Positions 1 through 9,242 of a stretch of 64,000 bases of DNA are shown here, piece by piece. Source of the DNA: a virus (taxonomy: Duplodnaviria > Heunggongvirae > Uroviricota > Caudoviricetes); the IMG/VR virus record IMGVR_UViG_3300042259_000065, one strand, 5' to 3'. Under the pieces are notes generated by a model, which saw only the letters and a list, made by a program, of their open reading frames with translations, was not told where the DNA came from and ran no database searches. The position numbers were made by a program, and so were the translations under genes. Numbering within the stretch: position 1 is the stretch's first letter; each line of letters opens with the position of its first letter.

Positions 1-207
1 GAAATCTGAATTAATGAGTTGATGTTTGGTGCCATTATCTTTTGTAATAATCAAATCTTTCCCCTAATAACATTGACTTTCTGACCAAGGATCAATAATA
101 ACCAGTTCACCATTAATATCTTGCATAATATTTGAGTCACGCAAGTCCCAATGTAGACTGTGTTCTTTGTTATTATCTTCATAGAAATCTTGTAGTTTGT
201 TAAGTGT

Positions 208-375
208 TTAGCTTTCCACAACAGGATAATCACTCAAGTCAATTTCTTCAAGTGGTGTGACATCTTCATCAAACCCTTCTAACCCTGTTACTAAAGCATC
301 CTCAACAATTCCAAGTAGTTCACTATCAAACAGCAGTTCTCGTAAAAGGTCTTCACTAATTTTGTAATATTTCAT
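208..375 (-). CDS. Small acidic hypothetical protein (~55 aa), below the ORF-track size cutoff
   Basis: Its ATG overlaps the stop of the upstream gene (ATGA). It sits in the same minus-strand block. Confidence 0.3.
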   Translation of the reverse strand: MKYYKISEDLLRELLFDSELLGIVEDALVTGLEGFDEDVTPLEEIDLSDYPVVES

Positions 376-818
376 TTATTCTCCTCTACACGAAAACCTT
401 TATCAATATCTTCTTTATCAACAGGGAAAACTTTAACTTCAACAATATCTTCAACCATAAACCATGTAGGTTCTAAGTCATGCTTCTCTGCCCATTTACA
501 AACAACATTTTCTAAATCATCAATTACATCTTGTGGTAGTTTTTGCAAATAATCCTCTGCGAAATCGCCACATTCATCATAAGCACGTTCATTGATGCTT
601 TCAATCAAATGATCTACATTAAAGTAAGAGGTAAAACTCTGAGGTTTCTGCACACCTTTGTAAATTGTTATATACCCACACTCAGAGAAATCTTCCTCTG
701 TGGTATCATCTAAAACTTGTTGTGCAACATCTTCAATAGATTCCTCTGCAAAAGACCAGTTATCTTCATATTGACTGTATAAGATTACTTGTTCCATATT
801 TCCTCTCCTTACAAACAC
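372..818 (-). CDS. Hypothetical acidic protein
   Basis: 148-aa ORF in the co-directional minus block with an RBS-like GGAGAGG upstream. Confidence 0.5.
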   Translation of the reverse strand: MFVRRGNMEQVILYSQYEDNWSFAEESIEDVAQQVLDDTTEEDFSECGYITIYKGVQKPQSFTSYFNVDHLIESINERAYDECGDFAEDYLQKLPQDVIDDLENVVCKWAEKHDLEPTWFMVEDIVEVKVFPVDKEDIDKGFRVEENK

Positions 819-895
819 ATAATTGTACTAAAACTTACTCTTTTAAGATATTCTTGTTCAGAAATCAACTCTTGATACCAATTCATAATCAATCT

Positions 896-1216
896 TCATT
901 CATTTTCTCCTTTAACAAATAATTTCTTAATTTTACTCCACAATGTCATCTTTCCTACAAAATCAATAATCCATGAAAGAATCACAACAATTGGAAAGAT
1001 AATAAATGCCATTAGCAACATATATACTTGAAATAATAGCATAAAGATACCAAACATTGCAAGAATAATCAATGCTGGATAACCACCTAAGATTTTCCCA
1101 CAAAGGTTCATGTTGTTTTGTGTAAAGTTATATACTTTTGTGATGACACTCTTAAAATCATCACGCATCTCTTTCTCTTGGGCTAGAAAGCCAAGGAATA
1201 GTTGTTTGATGTTCAT
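896..1216 (-). CDS. Small membrane protein
   Basis: Long hydrophobic stretch (LAMFGIFMLLFQVYMLLMAFIIFPIVVILSWII). Confidence 0.5.
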   Translation of the reverse strand: MNIKQLFLGFLAQEKEMRDDFKSVITKVYNFTQNNMNLCGKILGGYPALIILAMFGIFMLLFQVYMLLMAFIIFPIVVILSWIIDFVGKMTLWSKIKKLFVKGENE

Positions 1217-1224
1217 AGCTGTAC

Positions 1225-1461
1225 CTATTTAATAGAGTTAGTTTCACTTACATTGATAATAGTTCGTTTATCTTGAGTGAGTTTCTTTTCCCACACAAGA
1301 AGATCTGTATAAAGTTCTTGTAGGGATTTATCACCTTCACCCCAAGCAATGATGTTTGCTAACATGGGGTGAAAATCATATTCTCCTGTGTAAACTTTGT
1401 ATTCAGTACCTTTGTGAATGTAAGTACTTGTTGAAGCATCATAGGTATATGTAAAACTCAT
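1225..1461 (-). CDS. Hypothetical protein
   Basis: 78-aa ORF, tightly spaced in the operon. Confidence 0.45.
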   Translation of the reverse strand: MSFTYTYDASTSTYIHKGTEYKVYTGEYDFHPMLANIIAWGEGDKSLQELYTDLLVWEKKLTQDKRTIINVSETNSIK

Positions 1462-1919
1462 AATTTTCTCCTTAGTTTAAATATATGTGAGTATACTCTT
1501 ATCGAGAGCATATTCTATTTTCACACAATATTATATTAACTTCAAATGTAATATTTTATCGTGACGATAGAAATTATTTGTCATCATTAACAAGGATTTT
1601 GATATCCTTTGGACATTCGAATACAGTGTCACCAATAACTAGCTGCCAACCTTCAGTATTGTATGGAGAAAATGAAAGAGTATCAGTATCTTTTTCATTC
1701 AAACACCAACCATCTTGTTCAAAGTAATCAATAATTTCATCTTTGTTCATTATTTACCACCTCTTAAACAAATACCAACACAAGCAGTATCTGAAAATTT
1801 ATAATAGTAATGGGTTAGATACTTAATGTTACTTGTAACATCTTTCTCATAAACATCCCACTCTTTTCGTGTGCAACATACAAGTGTATCATTATTTTCA
1901 ATAGCTTTCTGTAATCGTT

Positions 1920-2150
1920 CTAACATAAATCCTCCACATTAATCTTAAACTCTTTATTCCCCAAAGATAAAACATTCACCTTTAAATTGTCAAGCTGTTT
2001 CTCAGCAAGAATTTCTTCTATATCCGAAATAGCACCTTGTCGAGTAAGAAGTCCTTGTTCAGAGAGTTCAACTAAGTGCAGAAGGATTTCATCTTTTAAG
2101 GATTGATATTTATCTGTAACAGGTGTGTTTTTGGAAGGTTTCTTTTTCAT
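1920..2150 (-). CDS. Hypothetical protein
   Basis: 76-aa ORF whose stop overlaps the downstream gene start. Confidence 0.4.
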   Translation of the reverse strand: MKKKPSKNTPVTDKYQSLKDEILLHLVELSEQGLLTRQGAISDIEEILAEKQLDNLKVNVLSLGNKEFKINVEDLC

Positions 2151-2497
2151 AGTGATTGACTCGTTTTAGATAAGGTTTGTGTACAAACTTTATGAATACT
2201 CTTTACAGGAAGGTCTATATACTTCAAGTAATAATCTTTAATGTCAGACTTATCCTTTACAGAAAGAGTTTGACTTTCCACCAAACTTTTAACCTTCTGT
2301 GAGAATAGGTGTTGTTCATAAACCTTACCTTGCACACGATAGAAACTCTCACAAACTAATAGTGTTGAAATATATTGAAGCTTATTCTGATGTTCAACTT
2401 CCATTGTGAGGTGATCTTTGTGCACAGGAGTGTTGATTGTTGAAACACAACCTGTTAACAACAACCCTGTTAAGATAAGTAAACTTTTCATAATCAA
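2147..2497 (-). CDS. Putative lipoprotein
   Basis: N-terminus MIMKSLLILTGLLLTGC has a signal peptide followed by a lipobox LTGC. Confidence 0.5.
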   Translation of the reverse strand: MIMKSLLILTGLLLTGCVSTINTPVHKDHLTMEVEHQNKLQYISTLLVCESFYRVQGKVYEQHLFSQKVKSLVESQTLSVKDKSDIKDYYLKYIDLPVKSIHKVCTQTLSKTSQSL

Positions 2498-2742
2498 CCC
2501 TCCTTCTGTGTACGATTGAAATATTCTTCATCATATTCATCAGCTTCTTTTGTGGAAACATTTGCCAATAGCTGATGGTCATATTCACTTTGTGGATACC
2601 AATCGGAGATAACCTTACGAGAACGTTTCTTATCATTCCCATAGACAATATTCACTACTTTGAAACCTTGTTTCTCAATATACGTTTGCAAAGCATCTGT
2701 TGTGGATTGAGTATATCCGGTGTAGACATATAACTTTTCCAT
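2494..2742 (-). CDS. Hypothetical protein
   Basis: 82-aa ORF with 4-nt overlaps on both neighbours. The overlapping ORF 2394..2648 is judged spurious. Confidence 0.45.
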   Translation of the reverse strand: MEKLYVYTGYTQSTTDALQTYIEKQGFKVVNIVYGNDKKRSRKVISDWYPQSEYDHQLLANVSTKEADEYDEEYFNRTQKEG

Positions 2743-2752
2743 AAGAATTCTC

Positions 2753-3517
2753 CTATACTCGACTAATATTCAATTTATCTAAAATTCTCTGTGTTTGTGA
2801 AGGATTCAGTGATTTACCTTCACGAGAAGTAATATTCATCTTGTTCAGATTAGAACAAATATTTGCAAAAGTCAACTTTGTCTTAGAAGCTTTCATCATA
2901 GTGATAATGTGTTCAATTTGAGGGCGCTGTTGTTCCCAGTAATCTGAAGCTTCTGATGAAGTACGTTTTGATACATGCTTGATTTTCCCTTGTGCAAGTT
3001 TTTGTTGATAAGCATCAGAAGCTGCACCAAGTTTAACACCTTTTGATTTAGCTGCAGCAAGGCCACGTTTAACACGGTCAGCAATCATTAGGCGCTCTTG
3101 TTCCGATAAAGCTGCATATATGTGCAATTGGAAATTATCTGCATTAGGCAGCGCTGCAACTTTAAACTTAATCTCACCCTCCATATGACGAGCAATTTGT
3201 GAAACACGTCTTGAGATACGATCCAACTTCGCCACAAGTAAAACAGCTTTTTCCTCTTTGCAGAGTTGCATTGCTTTCTCAAGCTCAGGTTTGTGTTCTG
3301 CAGTACCCGAAATGAATTCTTTGAAGTCACCAATAACTTGACCACAACCTTCTTTATCAAGGAAGTATTTGATATCATTCATTTGTGAATCAAAACCATG
3401 TTGTGTACGAGACTTATCTTCTTTAGAAAGACGACGATATACAACATATTTAATTTCTGACATAATAAAAACCCTCTGTGTAAAACTAACCTTTTTGATA
3501 TAGGCTAATCTTAGCAA
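2753..3517 (-). CDS. Serine recombinase (resolvase/invertase family)
   Basis: N-terminal RRLSKEDKSRTQHGFDSQ, then LLVAKLDRISRRVSQIARHMEGEIKFKVAALP and ERLMIADRVKRGLAAAKSKGVKLG. These match the catalytic-domain blocks of small serine recombinases. Confidence 0.65.
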   Translation of the reverse strand: MLRLAYIKKVSFTQRVFIMSEIKYVVYRRLSKEDKSRTQHGFDSQMNDIKYFLDKEGCGQVIGDFKEFISGTAEHKPELEKAMQLCKEEKAVLLVAKLDRISRRVSQIARHMEGEIKFKVAALPNADNFQLHIYAALSEQERLMIADRVKRGLAAAKSKGVKLGAASDAYQQKLAQGKIKHVSKRTSSEASDYWEQQRPQIEHIITMMKASKTKLTFANICSNLNKMNITSREGKSLNPSQTQRILDKLNISRV

Positions 3518-3544
3518 CAGAGGATTCTTGTGTCAATGGTTTAT

Positions 3545-4645
3545 TTAGATATTATTTAGTTTAGAGATATAGAACTCTCGTGCTTTGTTTGCAACATACT
3601 TACCAACATCCTTCATAGAGAGGTTACTACTTTCAAGTGTGTCGGCTTCTTCCTTGTTTACATCCTTACTCACCCATCCAATGAAGGTTCCAACAAGTTT
3701 TTGGTCAAGACCTACTTCTGCTAGTCCTTGTTCAAGACGATTCTCCGTAACAGCGTAATCTACGAACTCTTTGATTGAATTAAGTTTCTCAGTATCAACT
3801 GCTGCAACAGATTTAACCTTTGACACAGAATGTTTCTGTCCTTTAGTTTTAAACCAATTACCGCTATCCCAACAATACTCAGGGTCTTTCGGAGTCCACA
3901 CTAGACCCTCTCCAAGTTCTGCTGGATTATCATCTGTATCTTTCAAACCTAGTGTACTTGCTACTGGACATGATTTTTCTACAGCTTCTGTAGCTTCTAC
4001 AAGGGTATTCTGTGAGTAAGCTGCATTGTTAAAATCAATGGTGATATGTTTAACAGGAAAATCTGTGATAGCATAAATACCATTATCTTCATCATCTACG
4101 ATATCGCTACAAACTGTAACTGGCAGCCAACCCTGTTTAACTTGCTGAATAGTCTCACCACCTTTAATACCAAATACAAAGAATGAACGTTTAGGTAGGT
4201 AAGAAATACCAACACCTTTCTGGATACCAGATCCACACCACTCACCTGACACTTTAACAGGGTATAGTTCCACACCTTGATGATACTTAACTTCATCTAG
4301 AGCTTTGTACATCATTTCTTTTACACTATCAAAACGACGATACATTGTTTGTGCAAACTCTGCGTTATCTGAGAGTAGTGTAAACTCTTCATCACGCACA
4401 TAACCAAGAAGTTGTGATTTACTGTGGAATGAAATTGTACTATCTTCATGAAGAACGATACTTGCATTAGTCCCATGAAGCTTAGTTGTGCCGATATACT
4501 CAAGTTTAGGGATAGGTTTAGTTGAATCTTTGATTACATTACCATCTTCATCAACACCTACAAAAGTAGCTTGGTCACGAATAGATTTTACCACATTACG
4601 AAATTGTTGTGTGCTGTGATATTTATAATTAGTTGGATGTTCCAT
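3545..4645 (-). CDS. RNA ligase, Rnl2-like
   Basis: Nucleotidyltransferase motif I KLHGTNAS, as in T4 Rnl2 (KIHGTN). The size, 366 aa, fits. Confidence 0.6.
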   Translation of the reverse strand: MEHPTNYKYHSTQQFRNVVKSIRDQATFVGVDEDGNVIKDSTKPIPKLEYIGTTKLHGTNASIVLHEDSTISFHSKSQLLGYVRDEEFTLLSDNAEFAQTMYRRFDSVKEMMYKALDEVKYHQGVELYPVKVSGEWCGSGIQKGVGISYLPKRSFFVFGIKGGETIQQVKQGWLPVTVCSDIVDDEDNGIYAITDFPVKHITIDFNNAAYSQNTLVEATEAVEKSCPVASTLGLKDTDDNPAELGEGLVWTPKDPEYCWDSGNWFKTKGQKHSVSKVKSVAAVDTEKLNSIKEFVDYAVTENRLEQGLAEVGLDQKLVGTFIGWVSKDVNKEEADTLESSNLSMKDVGKYVANKAREFYISKLNNI

Positions 4646-4654
4646 AATTTTCTC

Positions 4655-5056
4655 CTATTTAGTTTTCTTTAAATAAATCTGCATTAAATCCTCACCTTCT
4701 TCTCTATGCTTCTCTCCGTACCATAAAGTTTTACAGATGATATCTCCATATTTACTCTTAACTAGTGTTACTCTAAAATCCTGATCGATAATGTCTAGAG
4801 TTTTATGAGAACACCCTTTATACCAAAATAATAGCTCACAAAGATTATTATCTAACATGTGGTACAGCATTGCCTTTACAACATGCTGATTAAGTATGGT
4901 TAGCCTATCCATAACTCTGTCAGCGAAATGTTTAGGTATAATTATCCTTGGGTGGGTAATAAATACACTCTTTAATTTTTGTTTAAGGTAATCTGAGATT
5001 TCATACCCAAAGAGTTTCCACTTCCTCTCTATAACAAACCTATTTTCATTAATCAT
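4655..5056 (-). CDS. Hypothetical protein
   Basis: 133-aa ORF. Confidence 0.45.
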   Translation of the reverse strand: MINENRFVIERKWKLFGYEISDYLKQKLKSVFITHPRIIIPKHFADRVMDRLTILNQHVVKAMLYHMLDNNLCELLFWYKGCSHKTLDIIDQDFRVTLVKSKYGDIICKTLWYGEKHREEGEDLMQIYLKKTK

Positions 5057-5117
5057 AAAACCTCCTTCTCAATATGAGTAATATTATCAGAAGTGGTGCA
5101 GTTGTCAATAGTAAATT

Positions 5118-5339
5118 TTAATTTTCTTCAACATTTTCATGTGCAGAAAGAAGCAATTTGAAGGCATCTTTTTCTGTCTCAAGCTGGAGGACTCTTTCGC
5201 GCAAGTATTCATTATCTTCGTGTAGACGAAGAAGGGTTTGCGCAAGATGGTATGGTTGAGAAGTCATAGCCAATTCTTGAATCTTAGTTGTGCGAGGAAT
5301 AGATTCTTCCTGCAAAAGTGTATAGATTGTTTCCATCAT
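5118..5339 (-). CDS. Hypothetical protein
   Basis: 73-aa ORF with a coiled-coil-like sequence. Confidence 0.4.
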   Translation of the reverse strand: MMETIYTLLQEESIPRTTKIQELAMTSQPYHLAQTLLRLHEDNEYLRERVLQLETEKDAFKLLLSAHENVEEN

Positions 5340-5536
5340 AGGTCTACCTTTTTAACCACTTTATTACTTTTATTTTTAATGAAGTTTTCTGCTTGTTCTA
5401 CAGAACTCCAAGTATTACATCCTGTATGATTATGCATTTGAAAATAGCACAAGGGAAACCACCAAAACTTGACTTGAGCCTCATAACCACAGTAACAGTC
5501 TTTAACAATACGATATTTATTCTTAAACATAATCAA
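5336..5536 (-). CDS. Hypothetical Cys-rich small protein
   Basis: 66-aa ORF with a 4-nt overlap with its neighbours. Confidence 0.35.
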   Translation of the reverse strand: MIMFKNKYRIVKDCYCGYEAQVKFWWFPLCYFQMHNHTGCNTWSSVEQAENFIKNKSNKVVKKVDL

Positions 5537-5787
5537 TCCTCAATTGCTCGGTCACAAACTTCCATAGCTTTCAAAAGTTCACGCATTTCCTTAATAGACA
5601 ATTGTTTACCAGCGACACTTTCTGGAATTGTGACAACAGCTTCATCACCATTTTCTTGCAGAAGAGTACTAATTTCGAAATCATGAAAACCTTGAGAAGT
5701 CCAGTTTACTTTATCTGAACTTGTAGAGACTTCATCAAGAATTGCAGTTGTTTTAATCTTAGCCAATGTTATTCTCCTCATAAGCAA
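5533..5787 (-). CDS. Hypothetical protein
   Basis: 84-aa ORF. Confidence 0.4.
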   Translation of the reverse strand: MLMRRITLAKIKTTAILDEVSTSSDKVNWTSQGFHDFEISTLLQENGDEAVVTIPESVAGKQLSIKEMRELLKAMEVCDRAIED

Positions 5788-5968
5788 GTTTATTTACATA
5801 ATATACACGTTTCTTAAAGTAATCCGTCTTTTGGATATAAGGTACATCTTCAAGAGTATATGTACAAGTTTTCTTATCAGAAGACCATTCTACAATAGCA
5901 CCTTTTGCAGCAAGTTCAGATGCTTTGGAATAGTAATCTTCTTGAGTAGTAGTTGTGAAGCAGGTCAT
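5759..5968 (-). CDS. Hypothetical protein
   Basis: 69-aa ORF. Confidence 0.35.
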   Translation of the reverse strand: MTCFTTTTQEDYYSKASELAAKGAIVEWSSDKKTCTYTLEDVPYIQKTDYFKKRVYYVNKLAYEENNIG

Positions 5969-6882
5969 AGTACTTCCTCTAGGACTTTGAGTTTACAAGC
6001 GCGCAATTTCATACCATTATAATCTGTTGGAACGGAGACTACATCTGAAGGACAAACCTGTACCTTCACCAAATGTGAATTACCACTACCAAAAGTACTT
6101 GCATATTCAAAAGATGCACAATGGATACCGCTTGAACATGTACGATTTGGGTCGTCATCCACTAAACTGCGAGGCATAGATACTACTGTGCCAATACTGT
6201 TATCCATTGTACCTGTATGGAAATCTTTCCAATCATGACGTACACTACGGTATGCAATAATATCACCATCTTCTGAAATCTCAATATCATTGTGTTTCAA
6301 GAAGGGATACAATTCTTCGATTACTGTTGTCTTAGGGTTCATCATTAATTTCTCTAAGAACTTAACTAAAGGCTTGATGTCCTCACGACCATCAAGCATC
6401 AACATCATTCGATCAACAACACTATTCTTAATTTCAAAAGTACCATAAAACACTTTACCATTTTCATGATCAACAGTGATATTACCTTCACTAAACTTTT
6501 CTACAAACTTAGGTAGATTCAATAGTTCATATACTTCTGCAAGAACATCATCACTAAAATCAGACTCCATCAACTTAGTGCGAAGACTTTTGAACTTAGG
6601 ATAATCTTTAGCAACACTACGACTATCTTCATTGCAGAAAATGGTAATCTGATTCTTAGTTACTGTGTAATCATAACAGCAAACTTTATCAGACTTAAAT
6701 TCATCCAGGATGCGGTTTAAAGTACGTACAGAAATACCATACTGCTTTGCAAATTGAGTTTTGTTAAGGACATTTTGCCACTCCCACCCTTTATATATAA
6801 TCTCTTTCTCTTGGTGTGTTTTACATTTTACAATATTTGTACGATTGGACATAATCTTCTCCTTATTTAATAACTTTCTCAA
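5965..6882 (-). CDS. rIIB: rIIB protein
   Basis: C-terminal VVSVPTDYNGMKLRACKLKVLEEV and PRSLVDDDPNRTCSSGIHCAS closely match T4 rIIB (VVSIPTDYNDAKMRTC; PRTRVNDDDTQTCSRGLHVCS). 305 aa versus 312 aa in T4. Confidence 0.85.
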   Translation of the reverse strand: MRKLLNKEKIMSNRTNIVKCKTHQEKEIIYKGWEWQNVLNKTQFAKQYGISVRTLNRILDEFKSDKVCCYDYTVTKNQITIFCNEDSRSVAKDYPKFKSLRTKLMESDFSDDVLAEVYELLNLPKFVEKFSEGNITVDHENGKVFYGTFEIKNSVVDRMMLMLDGREDIKPLVKFLEKLMMNPKTTVIEELYPFLKHNDIEISEDGDIIAYRSVRHDWKDFHTGTMDNSIGTVVSMPRSLVDDDPNRTCSSGIHCASFEYASTFGSGNSHLVKVQVCPSDVVSVPTDYNGMKLRACKLKVLEEVL

Positions 6883-9016
6883 GTTTTAAGTAATACTTAA
6901 ATTTTTCAATGTTACTTTGCGAACAATCTGAAAACTTATCTGTAAGAGGTAGCTTACTCATTGTATTTTCTACCTCAAGTTTAACTTTCTCAAACATAGC
7001 TTTCTTGATACTAACTTGTTTTTCAAACATCTTTGTTTTATTCAGATGGAAATCTGATAAACTCGAAATCAGTTCAATCTTTTCACAAGGTTTAATTCTA
7101 TTTTGAATCTGTTGTTTAATCTTAACATGACTAGGCTTGTTGTCAACCAATACCATTTCTTTCTTGGTAAGATTAGTAAATGGGTTGTTCTTCCACGAGA
7201 GATATTTAACTAAATCTTGTTTATGTTTCTTAACAACCTTTTGCACAGCAACATCAATCTTTTCAATACCGGAGCGTTCAATCTTACCTTTGTTATTAAG
7301 ATTTTTGAAAACAACCTTTGTACCTTCTACTACTTTAAGCATTTTACAAATATTAGCACCATAGGTAGAGAATGTTGTTTCCTGTCTAGGTACAATACCC
7401 TTAACAACAATAGAGTCTTGACTTGCCCAATAAACACCTTTTTCAGATAGATTAACCTTTCCAGTAGATTGTACCCAACCCTCATTCATTAACTCAATAT
7501 AGGTTGCAACAGTTTCATAATCCTCTTTGATACCATAGGTACCACGAGAAGATTTCTCACCTTTAACATGGACTTTCTTCTCTGGGGAATATTCATCTCC
7601 GCAGACAACATCTTCTGAACCAAACCATTTTGCAATATTCTCAGCTTTTTCTTTACATTCAGCAGCCAGAACATGACGACCTTCAAAATGTTTATTTACA
7701 TTCTCAAGTGTATCCTTAATTTTGTAGAAACCTTTTTCTTTTTCAGAATAGATAACAATTGGATTGTTGATCTTAATCAAACGATCTTGATACATGGACT
7801 CTACACTATGAGCAAACATTAATGAGTTTACAGTAGATGGAATAATACCACGAATTTTACCATACTTTTCTTCATTAAGAAGGAACATTAATTGTTTATA
7901 TTTCCACTCGCCTTTACGTGAAGGATCTACATAAGCCAGTACATTACCACGTGTAATAGGTAATTCTAAGTTCTTCATAAGAGTCCATGCATTAGTGCGA
8001 TGATACTGTTTATAGAACTTATAGAAGCTCAAATCAAAATTAATGTCCTTGGTAAACTTACGAAACTCTTTCTTAATATCACTATTGACACGACGACGTA
8101 CTTTGTTAAAAGTCTGTGGGTCATAACTAATAGCTTCACGAGAAGGTGCATGGTCTAAGTCACCGATATTAAAGTTTGTTACATACATACCATTTTCAAC
8201 AAAACTTCCAACTAAGTTTTTAATTTTAGTCTTACCTACTAAACTTTCAAAATCTGGTAGATGATAAAGAACATCACCCATAAGTGCAAGTGTACGTGAA
8301 CGGTGGTTGCTCAGTTCAATTGAGGGTGATTGTACAAACACACTACCTTCTTCACGAACCTGTTCACACAAATTCAAGATTGCTTCATATTCGTCTTGAT
8401 AATTACCAAAGGTATTAACATTGTGTGGTACACGAAAAGCACCTAGTACACGAGCACAGGCTTCTTGCCATTGAGGTACTTGTGACAATTTAACGGGAAT
8501 CTCTACCACAGTACCATTGACTTCGGTTGTCTTTGTTTCAAGTTTTACATCTGCTTTTGGTAACCCTGTACGGTCTTTATAACATACAACTACAGTTTTA
8601 ATACTATCCTTCACAGACGTAACTGTAAATTGTTCAGATACAGAGAAAGCACTTTTGCTCCCGTAACCTAAAGACCCGTTCGTGGTATTGTCATGTTCTT
8701 TTGTAGACTTACCAAAAACAGTATAGATTTTAAAAATAGTTTCTTTTGTCATACCAATACCAAAATCTTGGAACTTGATGACAGGGTTTAATTTTGTAGG
8801 TACATGCACAAAACCAGCTTTCTCAGGAAAACCCGCATCTGTATGACTATCTGTAATATTGGTAGAATACTCACGAACAACAGCTTCTACTTTGTAATCA
8901 TACAGAGTTTCTGCCAAGGTACGTGCAAGTTTAGCAGAAAAATGAAAACCGAAATCTTGACTTTCTTTACTCTTACCTACATTCACTTCATATTCAGGTG
9001 TTACTGGGATTGCCAT
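6863..9016 (-). CDS. rIIA: rIIA protein (GHKL ATPase N-domain)
   Basis: The N-terminus carries GHKL motifs (DFGIGM, GSLGYGSKSA). The 717-aa ORF sits immediately upstream of rIIB, as in T4. Confidence 0.8.
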   Translation of the reverse strand: MAIPVTPEYEVNVGKSKESQDFGFHFSAKLARTLAETLYDYKVEAVVREYSTNITDSHTDAGFPEKAGFVHVPTKLNPVIKFQDFGIGMTKETIFKIYTVFGKSTKEHDNTTNGSLGYGSKSAFSVSEQFTVTSVKDSIKTVVVCYKDRTGLPKADVKLETKTTEVNGTVVEIPVKLSQVPQWQEACARVLGAFRVPHNVNTFGNYQDEYEAILNLCEQVREEGSVFVQSPSIELSNHRSRTLALMGDVLYHLPDFESLVGKTKIKNLVGSFVENGMYVTNFNIGDLDHAPSREAISYDPQTFNKVRRRVNSDIKKEFRKFTKDINFDLSFYKFYKQYHRTNAWTLMKNLELPITRGNVLAYVDPSRKGEWKYKQLMFLLNEEKYGKIRGIIPSTVNSLMFAHSVESMYQDRLIKINNPIVIYSEKEKGFYKIKDTLENVNKHFEGRHVLAAECKEKAENIAKWFGSEDVVCGDEYSPEKKVHVKGEKSSRGTYGIKEDYETVATYIELMNEGWVQSTGKVNLSEKGVYWASQDSIVVKGIVPRQETTFSTYGANICKMLKVVEGTKVVFKNLNNKGKIERSGIEKIDVAVQKVVKKHKQDLVKYLSWKNNPFTNLTKKEMVLVDNKPSHVKIKQQIQNRIKPCEKIELISSLSDFHLNKTKMFEKQVSIKKAMFEKVKLEVENTMSKLPLTDKFSDCSQSNIEKFKYYLKLEKVIK

Positions 9017-9242
9017 AAAATTCTCCTATTCATATTCAACATATTTCTCTCAACAAGATGACTTCATTATAAAGCCACCTTAGTAAAAGTCAACAAGTTT
9101 TAAGCATAAATTTCTTCTTGTGGAACACAAAGATAATCAAACTCTTCTGCAGAGAAATGTACTTCGAGAAGGTTATCTTCTTGGTAAAGTGTTTCTAGAT
9201 AGTTGTTCATTAATTCTGACATTGATACCTCTTAATTCAATA

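Noticed and set aside
3771-4019. Plus-strand ORFs antisense to confident minus-strand genes, for example 3771..4019, 7137..7450, 12287..12765, 18330..18530 and 20234..20521
   Set aside because: Each is entirely embedded antisense within a long well-supported gene (Rnl2-like, rIIA, HslV-like, nrdA). They are low-complexity translations of the opposite strand.
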